Shown one piece after another: positions 19,181 to 34,864 of a stretch of 64,000 bases of DNA (position 1 is its first letter; every line of letters starts with the position of its first letter). Under the pieces are notes generated by a model that was not told the origin of the DNA, searched no databases, and was given only the letters and a program-made list of their open reading frames with translations. Source of the stretch: the human T2T-CHM13v2.0 reference genome, Homo sapiens; the NCBI RefSeq assembly GCF_009914755.1, contig NC_060935.1, one strand, 5' to 3'. The position numbers and the translations under genes are program-made.

Positions 19181-20215
19181 TTACTCATTTGTCCATTGAT
19201 TTACTTCCTGTTTACTGAATGAGATAGTTAATTATTTCATGTAAGTGTCTCTGGAGTCATTCATGGGTCTGGCATCCTCTGCCAATTTGTAGACATCTGG
19301 CCTGTATCCCCGTGAATTCCTGCAGCTGCCCAAAGGGGCGCTGGCCTTTCGTTAGCCTTTCAGTTTCTCAAGCCCATCTGACCACTGCCGCCTTTCTCAG
19401 CTGCCGGCTCGGCCTGACTCAGCAGCTGTCCTCCTGGGACACAGAGTCCTCTCCAGAGGGACAACCTGCCAAGAGGAACAGGGCCCTGGGGACAGCCTGC
19501 CGGCTGGCTGACCCAGAGTCAGCCCAACCCCAACCAGGGAGTTTCAGAACTACAGAGCTGGGGCAAATAGAGAGTAAAAGTAAATAAACTTGGAGGCCAT
19601 ATCCGTGGGCCACAGAAAACTCATGAGGCTGGAAAGTAAAAAGTGCAGTTAGATTGTGAGGTCTAGCCTCGACAAGGGGCCAGAAAATCTGTTTGCCTGT
19701 TGTGTTTTTAAGCCAAGTTGGCCAACCAATTGGGCAGGGACAACTTTAAACCTCTTTGACATCAAGTGGCCTTTGAGATTTTTATCCATCCCATTACAGG
19801 AAATTATTAATAGAACAGCTACCTGTTCCCCCAGTGTCAAAACCTGAGGCTGGCTGAGGGAGAGAGAGCGAGGGGAGGGCAGGGAGCTGAACTCATGGGT
19901 GGGGATGGGCAAATTACACCCACTTAGGGAGGAGAAAACAATCTTTACTTGGATGTGCAGACGCTCACTTTAAAGGGCCATGGTAACAATTAAATGAGCT
20001 AACCACACACAATGCCTATCACAGTATCTGGCTGAGTAAATGCCAGTTTCTCCCTGCTTCTTGCACAAGGAGGGCACTTTTACACACACTGTCTCCTTGA
20101 GTCACCCCCACAAGCTTGTGACAGGTTGTATATCCCCATTTTATAGATGGGAAGACTAAGGCTCAGAGAACAGTGACTTGCTCACAGTCCCAGCCTGGCC
20201 AGGGGAGACGGGTAC

Positions 20216-20382
20216 CTCATGGGGGCTAGGATGATCCGGTTTAGCAGGCTGCGGTGCAGTCTCTTGGCCACCTTCAGCCCTGTCCACTCCACAGTGACAG
20301 ACGTGACGAGGCACAGCACAATGCCCAGGCTGCAGAGCACCGTGAACACCATGGCATAGACAGTCTGGTCGAGGGTGCACTC
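20216..20382 (-). CDS. ABCC8: SUR1 exon 26 (AAG acceptor)
   Basis: [55 protein letters not shown]; GTACC donor. Confidence 0.94.
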
Positions 20383-20478
20383 CTTCACAGGCAGAGAGTG
20401 ATTTGGAGTTCCAGGGTGCCCATGGGCTCAGCCCTTCCCCCATCCCCACTCCCAACCTCTGCCATGGGCCGCCAGTCA

Positions 20479-20751
<273 letters not shown>

Positions 20752-20912
20752 CTACACATTTCCATCCCTCTGAGGGTGAATCAGGGCATTTTATCCCCAC
20801 TTACTGAGGGGACAACGGGGGCACACAGAGGGAAGCCATTTAATCAAAGGCACACTACTGCACCACACCCAGAACCCCAAACCTTAGCCTCTCTGTGGCT
20901 GATCAGACCTCA

Positions 20913-21047
<135 letters not shown>

Positions 21048-21199
21048 CTAAAAGACAGATGTGGCCTGGGCAATGTCTTCAGGATATATGGTTGGTGGGG
21101 GAAGGGGAAGTTAAGGGGTAACTACTCTGGTGATGACCAATGTCAGATTTCTACTTTGTCCCTGCCTGAGGGAGGGGCAGACAGACACACATTCATCTT

Positions 21200-21770
21200 G
21201 CCAGGATTTAGTCCTTCCCCTTCATCAGATAATAGCACCCCCATATCCCTGTGGGGAACCACTCTTCCCCTGTTTTTAGTCTCTGTGATTCAGGTGGATC
21301 TGGCTCCCAAAGTGGCACGTGACCCAGGACAGGCCAATCCTCACATTCCACACCGCTGGCCACAGTGATTTGTTCAGGGGTGGGCACATGACCAAACTGG
21401 ACCAATGAGACTCAGCCCTGGGACTTTTGCTGAACTATGGGGAAAGAGGCACTTTTTTTCTGGCAGAGTTGTTGAGCTGGGAGAATGTAAACCTAAGACT
21501 GCTGGTGGCCCTCACTGATACCATGAGAATGGAGCCAATTTGAGGGGAGCTGAGCCAATTTGAGGGGAGCAGAGTCAAGAGATGGGAGAAACAGATTTCT
21601 GATTACACTGACTACCTGGATCCAGCACACTTAAAGCTATGACACACCTGGACTTTTTGGTTTCATGGGTCAATAAATCCTTAATTCCCTCTTGTTTTCT
21701 TTGCTTAGTTTTCTTTGCCAGTTTGAGTTGATTTTCTGAAACTTTGCAACTAAATAGTATCTGACTACCT
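21200..21770 (+). mobile_element. Old MaLR LTR (MLT1J/K/L-like), approximate limits
   Basis: gttcaggggtgggcacatgaccaaactggaccaatgagact...gggacttttgctgaact...gtcaataaatcc motifs. Confidence 0.55.
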
Positions 21771-21925
21771 CAGGATAAGGCGAAGGTGCCCACCTGATTC
21801 TGCCCTGGGCACCTGGCACAGGTACTGTCTCTCCTCTGGTAGGAGCCAGTTCATGCCCAGCTCCCACATCTGCCCTTTAGGGGGCTTCCTGGGGCACTAA
21901 GGACAGGAAGACCTTTATGAGTTCA

Positions 21926-22186
<261 letters not shown>

Positions 22187-22546
22187 CTAAGATGGAGGTT
22201 GACACATCCCTTTCCTCACTACAAATGGCCACCAGCTCATCCACTGCAAGTGGGCTGGTATTGATAACCTACCCCAACCAACATACTCCTAGGACCTAGA
22301 GTTCGGTACATCTGAGGCGTATTTCTCAATGGCTGGGTTTGCAGAGCAAATTAGTGCATCCTGCTCAAGCTGGCTGGTTACTCACAAGGACTCCACCCAC
22401 GGCAGCGGCCGTCATACACTAAGTGGGCTCATTGTACACTACCCTTAGCTCCTCTTGACGGCGGGTCTGGCAGCCTCCATCAGGGCTTAGCAAAGCACCT
22501 GCTGGTCTAAGTGTGTGTGGCCATGCCTCTTTGGAATCAATAAATC

Positions 22547-22849
22547 TTTTTTTTTTTTTTTTTTTTGAGACAGGGTCTCACTCTGTTGCCTAGGCTGGGG
22601 TGCAATGGCACCATCTCAGCTCACTGCAATCTCTGCTTCCTGGCTCAAGCCATCCTCCTGCCTCAGCCTCCTGAGTAGCTGGGACCACAGGTGCATGCCA
22701 CCATACCTGGCTAATTTTTTTTTTTTTTTTATAGAGATAGGGTTTCACCATGTTGCCCCAAGCTGGTCTCGAACTCCTGGGCTCAAGCAATCCACCCGCC
22801 TTGGCCTCCCAAGGTGCTGGGATTACAGGCATTAGCCACCGCGCCCGGC
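22547..22849 (-). mobile_element. Alu (AluJ-like)
   Basis: Poly-T tail, ggctcaagc diagnostic; TSD tcaataaa..tt. Confidence 0.95.
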
Positions 22850-23464
22850 TCAATAAAACTTTTTATCTGGAACACTTGATGACACCATCACGTAGACCTG
22901 ACATTAATTCAGACACCCACCCCTGCTGCCCTCACCCCCTCCCACCCTATGCTGGGGTTCAAGGGGCTCGAGAGTCCTGGTCACTGATTCCTCAAGGAAG
23001 CCAGCACTTCTGTGTTCCTCAGGATTGTCCTGAACTACAAGGTATTGCCAAGGTCACTACAGAAACTCAGAAACAAACCTTCTGTATCTGTATATATATT
23101 TAAATCTTTAGGTCTTTGGGTCTTATCTTTGGGCCTTTTTTCTTTGGGTGATTTTCTTTGGGTCTTCTTTATACTGGAGGGGGTCTCATCATACATGGAA
23201 GGAAGATTTATTTTGGGGAAAATAAGCAGAGCCATTTGGCACCAGCCTGAAGCTCAGAGAGGGCCTCAATTTTGGCTGTTGTTTAGAGGAGAATTTATAT
23301 AGGAGTAGGCAAGACCTAGAGTTCAAAATTACATGATCTCCATCTTAAAAATTAAGTGCTTTCTAATGAATCAAAAAGTAATTATTTTCTACCTACTGAA
23401 GAGTATGGAAATTTAGTTAATGAGGGGTTTCACAACATTGGACTCTACTGATAATATTGAAGTT

Positions 23465-23645
23465 TCTTTCTTTCTTTCTTTCCTTTTTCAAATTTTCAGA
23501 GACAAGGCTCTGTCGCCCAGGCTGTAGTGGAGTGCAGTGGCATGATCATGGTTCACAGCAGCCTTAAACTTCTGGGCTCAAGTGATCCTCTTGTCCTGGC
23601 CTCCCAAAGTGCTGGGATTACAGGTGTGAGCCCCTGCGCCCAGCC
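23465..23645 (-). mobile_element. Short Alu monomer / internally deleted Alu
   Basis: gagacaaggctctgtcgcccaggctg...gagcccctgcgcccagcc; TSD tgaagtttct. Confidence 0.85.
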
Positions 23646-24082
23646 TGAAGTTTCTATTACTACTGCTATTGTTTGGTTCCATATTTCCCATATGATTCCC
23701 GGGGTGGTGCATCCATCCACCCCGGGAAGGTCATAGGGTGGGAAGAGGGCTTTTCCATCCAAATGGGCACTCCCCATGACTGCGGGGATGGGTCATCAAA
23801 AGGGCAGGAATCAGAAGGTGAGAAGTGAGCACTTGATTATTCCTGAGACTTCTTGGTGCCAGCCTTGAGTGTACCATGGGGGGCCCGGGCCAGGATGGGG
23901 AGTGTCTGTGGGTCTAGGTGATACCAAACCCCTGGCCTGTACAGGGTCTCCCTGAAATGCCCAGCATGCATAAAGCCATCCAGTGCTGGTCTCTTATGCT
24001 TTGTGGCCCTCAGCAGTTGCTACCAAGACAACGGATTGGTTCCTGCCAAGATGCCTGACAGCCTCCCCAGCCCTGCCCCCTA

Positions 24083-24325
<243 letters not shown>

Positions 24326-24874
24326 TTAGAGTTCTATCAACTCTGCTCTAGGGACTGAAGCTAGTTAGCTGTGTGGCTTTGGACAACTCACCCAACCTCT
24401 CTGGGCCTTGGTTACCTCATTTAAAATGGGGCAGTTGTCAGATATCACTCTCAAACAGATCTAATCACTTCACTGCCTGACTCCTGGACCTTCAACGGCT
24501 CCCCATCATCTCTAAAGTCAAACCCTGTGGGCTGGTGTTCCAGGTGCTTTATAACCTCTCGCTTTCCCTTCTAGACTCATGCTTCATCTGTGCTTTCCCA
24601 GCACTCTGCATTCCAGGTTCCCAGGAAGCCTGCCGTCTGGGCCTTCTCCTGAGCTGTTCCTCTGCCTGGAGTGCTGCTCTGCCTTTTGTCTGCCTTGTGA
24701 ACTCCCACCCATCCTTCGCTCACCTAAGCACCAGTTCCTCCTGCATCCTGTCCTGACCCCCACGCCTACCCTTCCTTCCTCCCTATTCCCGTGACACTGG
24801 CGCAAAGCCAGATCTGATCATTGTTTGTCCATTCCTGATTATGGCACTCCCAAGAACTGAGACTTCTTGTGCCT

Positions 24875-24946
24875 GTGCCTGGCACAGAGTAGACGCTTCA
24901 TAAACGTTTAGTGCCTGGCACAGAGTAGACGCTTCATAAACGTTTA
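24875..24946 (+). repeat. Perfect 36-bp tandem duplication in an L2-like end
   Basis: gtgcctggcacagagtagacgcttcataaacgttta x2. Confidence 0.95.
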
Positions 24947-25463
24947 CTGAAATAAAATGTCCACTTCACTTTTCTCTAGCAGGGTTGTTTAAATCTCATG
25001 AGAGATCGCGAATGCACCCATGCTTTGTAAAACGCTGTGTGTGTGTCAGACGGTAACGGAGACTGAATCTTCCCACTGTGAAGTGTCTTTAGTAAAGGAG
25101 TGCTTGTGCGTGTGGTGTAGGGAGAGGGGAGGGAATAAAGCTGGAATCAGAGACTTGAGCTTCCTTCTTCCAACTCACTGTGCAAATGGCCTCCCTCTTT
25201 CCTTCTGTTTAATTGACTCTCCCTTTGAGGCTCTCCTCCAGGAAGCCCTCCCTGATTACTCCAGCCCTCACAGTTGTCTCCCTGGACAAGGCCCCCTCAT
25301 AGTTTATGCCGCACAGTTTGGATTTGAACCGGGCTGGGCCTCTTGAACTGGGTGAGCTCTGTCTCCCTAATCAGATTCTAAATCTTTGAGGCCAAGGACT
25401 GGTTCTTAGAATTCTTCAGTGTCAGTCAAGGCACCTGACACAACAGAACTTGACATGAAGTAG

Positions 25464-25785
<322 letters not shown>

Positions 25786-26147
25786 TAGTTTTATCTCATG
25801 TTTGATGGCTAGTGGTTACCTGGAGTGCTGTGTTGAGAAGGATTCTGAGGATGAGTTAAGTTCCATGGGAAATAATGCTGTGAACAATTAGCAATGTCTG
25901 CACTGGGCGTAAGATGGGAAGTGGCAGCACACATTCTGTTATCAGCCATTCTTATAGTCGGGCTGCATAAGTGTTGAGGGGTTGGGCTGTCCCACAGACA
26001 GGCAGCCTATAACTACAGCTTGCCTCTCCTCATTGGCTACTGCAGAGCTCCATCTGAAGTCTGCAATGGTCATTTGTGCTATCCTTGCCTGCCTCAGTTT
26101 CCCTATCACTAGGATGATAAGGCAATATCTCTGGCAGGAGGGATTTA

Positions 26148-26342
<195 letters not shown>

Positions 26343-26971
26343 TCACCAAAGAGGAGGAACACATCATGCCCTCAGCCATTCAGGAGACACTGTCCTGTAC
26401 CCTACTGGACTATGAGCTCTTTGGGATGGAGGCCTGGCTCTATCCACTTCTTTGCCTGCTTCTCACCTTGCATAGAGAAGGAACTTGCACGTGTTTACTG
26501 AATTCATTCAGAAGAGGGCAGCATGAGCCCCAAGTCTTTAAAGATTCATTGTGTAGGCGCTAGGGACCATCTGACCAGTACAAACAAAGACAGAGGCAGC
26601 AGGGATTAAAATCACACAAAAGGAGGACAGTCACAGGAGAATCCTGTTTGTCTAAGCTTGTGGAGGGGACCCCATCTGGAGGATGAACAGGAACAATACA
26701 ACCCCAGGCTGAGCACAGTGCTGTGTGGGCTCTCAGTGTATACCTGGGGTGCAAATGAAGAAGATCCCCAGCCTGGGAGGGCACTAAGCTGACCTTGCCC
26801 TCCAAGCAGGACTGAAAACCTGTCAAAGGACATCATCAAGAACAACATGTTTGACCTTACTGCAGGCAACTCTTCAGCCTTCAATGTCTCCTATTTCCTA
26901 GTTACCCATTGTCCTGAGTAGTGTCTCAGGGCATGGTAGGTTGGGGGTCCTGGCTTTGAAAAAACCCCTCA

Positions 26972-27103
<132 letters not shown>

Positions 27104-28103
27104 TCAGCCTGGTCAGAGTTGGCCCGAGCACTTGCAGAGGGTCATTAGTCTCTGGGTAGCTATGCCCAGGGTGAGCAATGGCTTTAATAGGCCTCCCGCT
27201 TGGGTGCAAGCAAACACCGTGTGAGCTTGAAAAGAGCTGAGGTCAGCACTTCACACAGCATTTGGGCAGGTTAAATACTAGAAGGATGGAATTGGTTGGG
27301 AACAAATATGCAGAGTAAGTGATGAAAGGGCGCTCATGATCTCTGTGCAGTGGGAAAAGCTGCAGCCGGAACCCGTGCTTGGGGCACTGCAGGGAAAACC
27401 ACTGCTGGTTGGTTTAGGCAGTAATGATGATGGCTGGTCAAATATTTGCCCAGCCTGTTCCTCTCATACTTCCCCAGCCAGCCCTTAGCCTGGGCAGGTG
27501 CCAGCCAGAGTTCATGGAGGCATCAGAGTATGTTGGTGACAAACATGTACTTAGGTGTTAGGCAGCTTTGGATTTGAGACCCATCTTGGTCACTTACTGG
27601 CTGGGTGGCCTTGGGACCTTTCTGAAACTTGGTTCTTCATCTGTAGAGTGGGAATAACAATAATATCTACCTACTGAGGTTGTTGTAAGCATGAGAGGAA
27701 ATTCCGTGTACAAAGAGCTCGGCACTGTGCCTGGTATGTAGTAAGAGCGCAGTCGATGCTAGCCCTAACTATTATCATTGGAGGGAAAATAGTGCAGGAG
27801 CCAGGCGAATGGAGACTCACAGAGAGAGCTAGCTAGCCCTCCCACCAGCTAGAGAAAAGGCAGCGGGGCTCTCTCCCTTCCCTCCGTTCCTGCCCTCTCC
27901 CCTATGGGAGCTGGATTGCCCCAATGCTCAGGCACACCTGGCCCCTCTCCAGGTGCACCATATGGAGAGGCTGGAGTGCAGATAAGCACCTGGGGAGTGA
28001 GATGGCTGGGTATGGGTGATCGATGGAGGGGCCCGGAACTGGGGCAGGCTGGCCAGAGACAGTTCCTCCCCTCCACATCCTGCCTCCCTCCGACAGGCTT
28101 TTA

Positions 28104-28259
<156 letters not shown>

Positions 28260-28903
28260 TCAGAGGCAGTTGTCAAGCTGATGGCTCAGATGGAGGCAAG
28301 GGGATGGGGAGGTGCAGTTGGTAGAAATCTGCTTAGTGTGGCCTCTGGTGGCCTTGCCTTCCCCCAGGCAGGTTTGAGAGGTCTGGGTCTCAACTGACTG
28401 GGGCAGCAGGACCTCATCCCCTCCCTGCCCTACACCCAGCCTGCCCCAGCCCTGCAGTCTGTTGTTCCTTAGTCAGGGAGGAGCCCAAAAGTGTGACCAA
28501 ACCAAGGGAACACTCAACTTCTGGCTTCCTCCCTCTTTGGGTAGCCCTCAAGCCACTGGACTTTGAAGTCAGCAGGTAATTCTCCAAATGGAAGAACTTT
28601 TTTTTTTTTTTTTAAAAGCAGAGCCAAGGAAGCCACATTTTGAGTGATGTGGTTTTTGAAGAAAAAAGAAAAAAGAAAAAGAGATCCCAGATAAAAATGA
28701 TCTTATGTGAAGGGAGTAAATGGATGCACAGAAACAGCAGCAGCTCCCGAGCCACCTGGTGGAGCACAGGGGCCCTCCCTGGCCTCCCCCAACACTGGGG
28801 CTGGGGTCTGGGGGCTGCCCAGCAGGGTGATGTGGCTCCCTTGGGCCTGAGAGCACCCTGGAGGGAGTTGACCCTGGGGGGCAATGTTCCCAGGACGCAG
28901 TAC

Positions 28904-28939
28904 CTGATATCCAAGTCGGTCGCTGTCTCCCGCTCTGGG
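28904..28939 (-). CDS. ABCC8: SUR1 exon 18 (36-bp mini-exon)
   Basis: CAG/GTACT; PERETATDLDI. Confidence 0.92.
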
Positions 28940-30529
28940 CTGCAGCAGGGGAGGAAAGGCATACTGAGCTCTCATGGGAGTGAACCATGTCCTCCAGGAA
29001 GATCCTGAGCTCCCTCCAACCCAACATGAGCATGCCTTTACAATCCCCTGGACCCAGTCTGTAGCCACAAATGCTGCATAGAGAGGTGTGGAGAGTGGGG
29101 TGTGCCCATCTTGGGGAAGCCTCTGCTGCCTGACCACGTGGGTGTGTGAGGAGGGCCCTGGAGGACCCAGTTAAGAGGGAGAATGGGGAGAGGTGCCATT
29201 GGTGCAGGCTCTGGGGGGAAAACTTGTCAGATCAGGAGTATGAAGCCCGCAATGTGGCTCCTCCAGACCCAGCCTCTGCATTCAGGTTGGAATGAATAGG
29301 CTGAGGTCTGAGGCTGATACAGCTGCACAAACAGCTGGGGCAAGGAGTGCTCTGGACAGAGCCAGGCCAGGCCAGGCAGGCTGACACCAGCACCTGCACT
29401 CTGGGGCTGGGAACCCGCAGCCCTGGAGCTGCGAGGGCTCCAGGCATGATCTGCAGCCCCATATGGCCCCATCAGAAGACAACCACGGAATGTGGGGGAT
29501 CTGCCAGGGATGTCAGGTGCAGTGCCATGTGCCCTGGACTGCCCAAGCTGCTCCCGTGTCAAATATTCTGCCACTCTGTTCTCATCCACATATGCAAACT
29601 TGTCACATGCCATGAGGTCTGATTTTTGGCTCAAGAAATATGATCACTACCATTACAGAGGCTGAGCCTGTCATCACATACTGACAGTTGGGGACAAGGA
29701 GGGAGAAAGGGCAGAGAAAATATACCAAAGTGAAGCCTCTTTGGTGTTGGAGAGCAAAGGCCAGAGGCTTAAACTTATTTGCAAAGCTGAGCCAACCTTC
29801 CCATCCTGACTTCATACCACCTCTAGGGTATCTCAAGCGTTTTTTGGAGAGGTAAGGGGAGGGAAGGTTTTGAGGGACTCAGAGCCTCATTAATCTATAT
29901 CACTTGGATTTTTTAGATTTGCACATGAACATAAAGCAACAAGACTGAATTTTCTGCCTGGCCTGAGGGACACCCATCTCCTTTCCTTACAGTCATATTT
30001 CTTAACTTTCTTTTCCATGATCACCCCTAGAGCCTTTTTAGATATACTTTTTTCTGTCTTTCCTGTCACTTAAAAAAAAATCAGAGGTTTAGAAAACCTC
30101 TGAAACTAAAAGTACGTTCACCAGGTTGTGCAACTATCTCCACTATCTAATTCCAAAACATTTTTATCTTCCCCAAAACAAATCCCATACACATTGGCAG
30201 TCCCTTCCCTCTCTCTCCCACCAGACCCTGGCAATCGCTAGTCTATTTTCTGACTCCATTCACCATGAAATTTCAGCACCACAGATATACTGGCATCTGT
30301 TTGGTACTTTGGACAGCCACAAAGCATTGCAATGTCTAAGTGTTTTCTGTCCCCAAGAACCAAATTTTGCCCTCATTGAGAATGCAGGCCTTAGCCCCAT
30401 GTCTCTGAAAATATGTAGGCTGCACATCCCTGAATCCATACTCAGCATTACCCACCCACAAGTCCTCCACCCCCACCCTACCCCTTCCCTTTGTTGAGAC
30501 CCACTTCTGACCCAGTCCCAAGGCTGTAC

Positions 30530-30565
30530 CTGGGGTCCTCTCCTATCTCGCTGTCAGGAAGGCTG
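30530..30565 (-). CDS. ABCC8: SUR1 exon 17 (33/36-bp mini-exon, tandem CAGCAG acceptor)
   Basis: (S)LPDSEIGEDP; GTACA donor. Confidence 0.92.
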
Positions 30566-31344
30566 CTGGGACACAAATGGGACAGACCAACACCAGTTAG
30601 TTCCCACCCCATTGCCTTTCCATCACGCTGAGTCTTAGGGGAGAAGCAATCCCCACCTCCAACCCTCCCACCCATTCCCAGGGTTTCCAAATGGCCTCTG
30701 TGGGGTCAGAAAGCACTCTTCTCAATCTCTGTCCCTCCCACAGCACCTGGATGGGTACCCTCCAAATAGCATGTGCTAAATCAGCGTTCCTGGCATTGAC
30801 TCGGAGCAGCGGTGAGGCTGGCTGGGCATCAGGAGCATTTTATAGTTGGAAAACTAAATCCCAGAGAGGGAAAGTGAGAGGACACAATCATTTCTTATAG
30901 TGTTTTCCAAACTGTGGATAGGGACCCAATCATTGGGTCTGGAATAAGTAGGCGGCAAGTGCATTTGAGGAAAAAGAAAAAAAAAGAATAGATGGAATCA
31001 GTGTGTACTGCACGTGGTACTGTATTTTTCGTGATTTTTTCTCTTGTTTATAAATGCATAAATATAGTGGACTGTAATGTCAAATGCTTTTCATACTGTG
31101 GATTTTGATAACTTAAAAAACACTGAGTGAGGTGACTTGAATTGTGATGCCAATTTTGCCAGTGCTCTATCCCCTCCCCCAGGATACCTCTCAACCTTCC
31201 AGAAGCAGCCCCTTGCCAATGAAATATATACTTCTGACATGAACATTTGGGGGAAAAAATCTGCTTTATTTTCATACAGATCTTACTTTAATAATACTAA
31301 CAACAGCTAAAATTTATTGAACTTTTATAAGCACCATAGTAGTA

Positions 31345-31657
31345 TTTTCTCTCTCTCTCTCTCTCTCAGACAGGGTTTCACTCCTGTTGCCCAGGCTGGA
31401 GTACAATGGCGTGATCTTGGCTCACTGCAACCTCCACCTCCTGGGCTCAAGCGATCCTCCTGCCTTAGCCTCCTGAGTAGATGGGATTACAGGCACGTAC
31501 CACCATGCCTGACTAATTTTTGTATATTTTTTGTAGAGACAGGAGTCTCATTCCCTATGTTGCCCAGGCTGGTCTCCAACTCCTGGGCTCAAGCGATCCT
31601 CCAGCTTTGGCCTCCTAAAGTGCTGGGATTACTGGCAGTGAGCCACCGTGCTCAGCC
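31345..31657 (-). mobile_element. Alu (AluJ-like) with (CT)n tail
   Basis: ctctctcagacagggtttcactc...gagccaccgtgctcagcc; TSD agtatt.tctct. Confidence 0.93.
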
Positions 31658-34600
31658 AGTATTGTCTCTTTATAAAGCTCAAAATAACCATATGAAGGAG
31701 GTTTATTCTGATCGCCCTCACTTTACAGATAAAGAAAGTGAGGCTCAGAGAAAGGCTAAGTAACTTGCCCAAAGTCACACAGCTAGTAAGTAGCGGAGAA
31801 AATAGCTCCGACTCCAACGTTCATACTCTTAAATGCCATGGTACATTACTCCCCTGTGATTTCCCATGCCATAACTCTGATAAATGCCCCTTGTCAGGAG
31901 AACCAGGATGGACGAAATCAAGGATGGAAATGAGCCTGATGAAATCCCCCTCCTGCTGAGGGTCAGGACTGAATGAAGATTCTGATGGGTATGTAGTCCC
32001 CAGTCCCCTCTTTTCCTGTTCTCTAATCTTCGTGGTCTCATTTCATTCTCTTAACCAAACTTCATATTCCCTAACCATCAGATGGCTGTAATTTACAATT
32101 TATAGACAAGCTGGTAACATGAGACATAGAAACCTAAAGCTTACAAATTCCAGCTCTGTGGCCACAGCCCAGATAAGCTTATCTCTGGAGTCTTCCTGAT
32201 GTGACTACTTCCAGAGTAGCAGAGGTGGTTATTGATGCATCTGTGGCATTCCTGAGGACCCCAGCACACAGTAAGCTCTCCAGGCCCTAACTCAGTTTGC
32301 AACATGGTCTGCACTGCTCAATTAGCCCTCATAATGGACTGCCTTCCTCTCTGATCAGCTCCCGTGTAATTTGTTCATCCCCAGTGGAATTTTAAGGCAG
32401 GAAGAACATCTTTTTCAGCCCCCATGGTGCTTAGCACATGACAGAGCTATATAATGAATGGAGGCTGGTAACAGATATATTAATCATTTGGAAAGAAGAA
32501 AGGGCGGGGCTGGCTCTCATTGCTGGCCTTCACTGTGCACTGTGAGAAGTTGTTTGCAAACAACTCATCATCTCATCCTTACAACCCTATAAACCCTATC
32601 CCCATTTTACACATGAGGATACTGAGACTCAGAGTTTGCAAATGTGACAGAGCTGGGAAGAGGGGAAGCTGGGGTGTGAATCCAAGTTCTTCTCTTTCCA
32701 GTGTAGCCCCAAGCCTCCTCCAGTGAGCCTCCCCAAACTTTGTATCTGTTTTAAGCTGAAAAGTAAAGAATGGTATGTCTGGCAGGCACCATCTCTCACT
32801 CATTGCTGTGGTCTTTACAAGAGTGCTGAGGGGATTCGATTCCTCCTCTGCCTGCACTCTAGGGAGGAAGCACACAGCTGAAAGCATGAGTCTTCCAGTT
32901 CCCCAACCGCATGTCCTTCCCTCCAGCCCACTAGGAGCTGGCATATGTGTGGCAACCTGAATCAGGGTGCAGAGGCTGCCTTCCAGGGGCTCACACTCTG
33001 GTAGGGCAAATCAGAAAGGTACCGAAGTCAGGAAGTTATAAGGGTCAAAAGAAAAGTAGGACAAAGTATCGGAGAACTTTTGGGGAAAAGTAAACACAAA
33101 TGCATATGCAAATGCATAAAGAAAAACTGGAAGCTTCTGGGTGATGGGATATTAGGTGGTTTTTATCTTCTGTATGCTTGTGTATCTTTTCTAATGTAAT
33201 GTGCATTCTTTTAGAATCAGAGAAAAAACATAATTTTTACAAGAAATTTGGAGGAGGAAGAAATCTGAGAAAATGAGTAGAGCCTCATAGAAGAAGTCAT
33301 AGCTGAACTGAACCTTAAAGAGTGGGAAGGATTGAGACGGTGGAGGTGAAGGGAGGGAACTGCAGGTTAAAGGAAGAGGCAGCATATGATAACAGGTGCG
33401 AGAAGTAGGAAAAATATGGGCTCTGACATTTGAATCCCAGAGGCTTTTCCACTCATTGGCTGTGAAATCTGAGGCAAGCTCCTTTACTTGGAGGAGCCTC
33501 TGTTTCCTGATCTATAAAATGGGGGTGAAGGCACAAACCTCACAGTGACACTGGAGAATGTATTACAGCTCACAGCTGGTTAGGGGGCAGGTTGTAGGCT
33601 TGGAGAACTAGGAGGAATTGTCTTTTCAGCTCAGTGCTTGGCCCCAAAAGTACAGGCAGAGGGAGAATCAGATACCCCCAACACTCATTTAAGACCCCGG
33701 CAATAAATAAAAAGGGAAGAAGTGGAAACTGAGGTTCAAAGAGTGAGCTAGGATATACAGGGCTCCACAGCCCATTCATCCTGCCCAGACAGGCTTGTCG
33801 CTGTCCTGAAAGGTTACCTTTCACCCACAGCATCCTTTCCAATTGATGTCATTGGGTCCCATTGCCAAATCTCTGAGACAGGAAAGGTAGGGTTTTACTC
33901 ATTGTCCAGACAGTGAGTCTGTCTCAGAGAGGTGAAGTAACCTGCTCAAGGTCACAGAGCTAGCAAGTGGCAGCATCAGGACTACAGCCAGGGGCCATCT
34001 GGTTCCCATGGCTGGACAGTCACTTCCTCAGAGCATCCCTTCTCCTGTCTGTCAGCTGTCTCACCACACCTGCCTCCTCCAGGAAACCCAGGGGCACTTG
34101 AGCCCCTGACTTCAGCTCCCCAAAGGCTCCAGGAATTGTACAGGCAGATGCGACCAGGGCCGTCCTGAGAGAAGCCTTTTTCTCTCTTCCTGGGGAATCA
34201 GGGCTCTTGGCAGGCAGCATCCACACCAACCACCACAGGCAACAGCATTGCAGCAGGGAGCTCCAGTGAGACTGCATGTGCAGCTCCTCACAGGGAAGTG
34301 GGAGCCTCTTCCCCACGCTGATCCTTTCCTCAGGGCCCTGGTTCCTGCTGACCCCCCGGGGGCATTTAAAGTCACTCTACTGTGGATATTAATGGCTCTA
34401 TTCTTTATTTCCAGGGAAAGAATTTCACCCGAGTGTATCTGCTAATCTTGACTTTTTACCAAAACATATTCCTCTTAAGGATTAAAGAGAGAGTTTGCAA
34501 ATCCCAAGGTTGTCACAGTTCCTTGAAGCAGAGAGCCAGGGAGGGGCAAGTGATTCTTCCTAAAGTGAATGCTTGGGAACCACACAGTTCTCTCTGAGAC

Positions 34601-34864
34601 CAGGAGCCAGGCTGCTGACGTGAGGGACAAGCTCGGGGCTGCATCTGCAGGACTTCAGCAGATGGACCCTTTGTGCCCACCCTGCAGCTCTGTCTGCACA
34701 CCTCTGTCCATCCTGGGTGGGTGAGCTCCCCAAGGGCAGGTGCTAGGCCTTTTCCTTTGTAGCCTACACAGAACAGTGCACAAAATACACATCTGCATGG
34801 GGCACCTGGGGTACAACATGGAATAATCCCTCAAGGAGCTCAGAGTCATGGAGGAGACAGACGC

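Noticed and set aside
30272-30292. TTCAGCACCACAGATAT resembling a REST/RE1 site
   Set aside because: Only the left half matches; the GGACAG right half is degenerate
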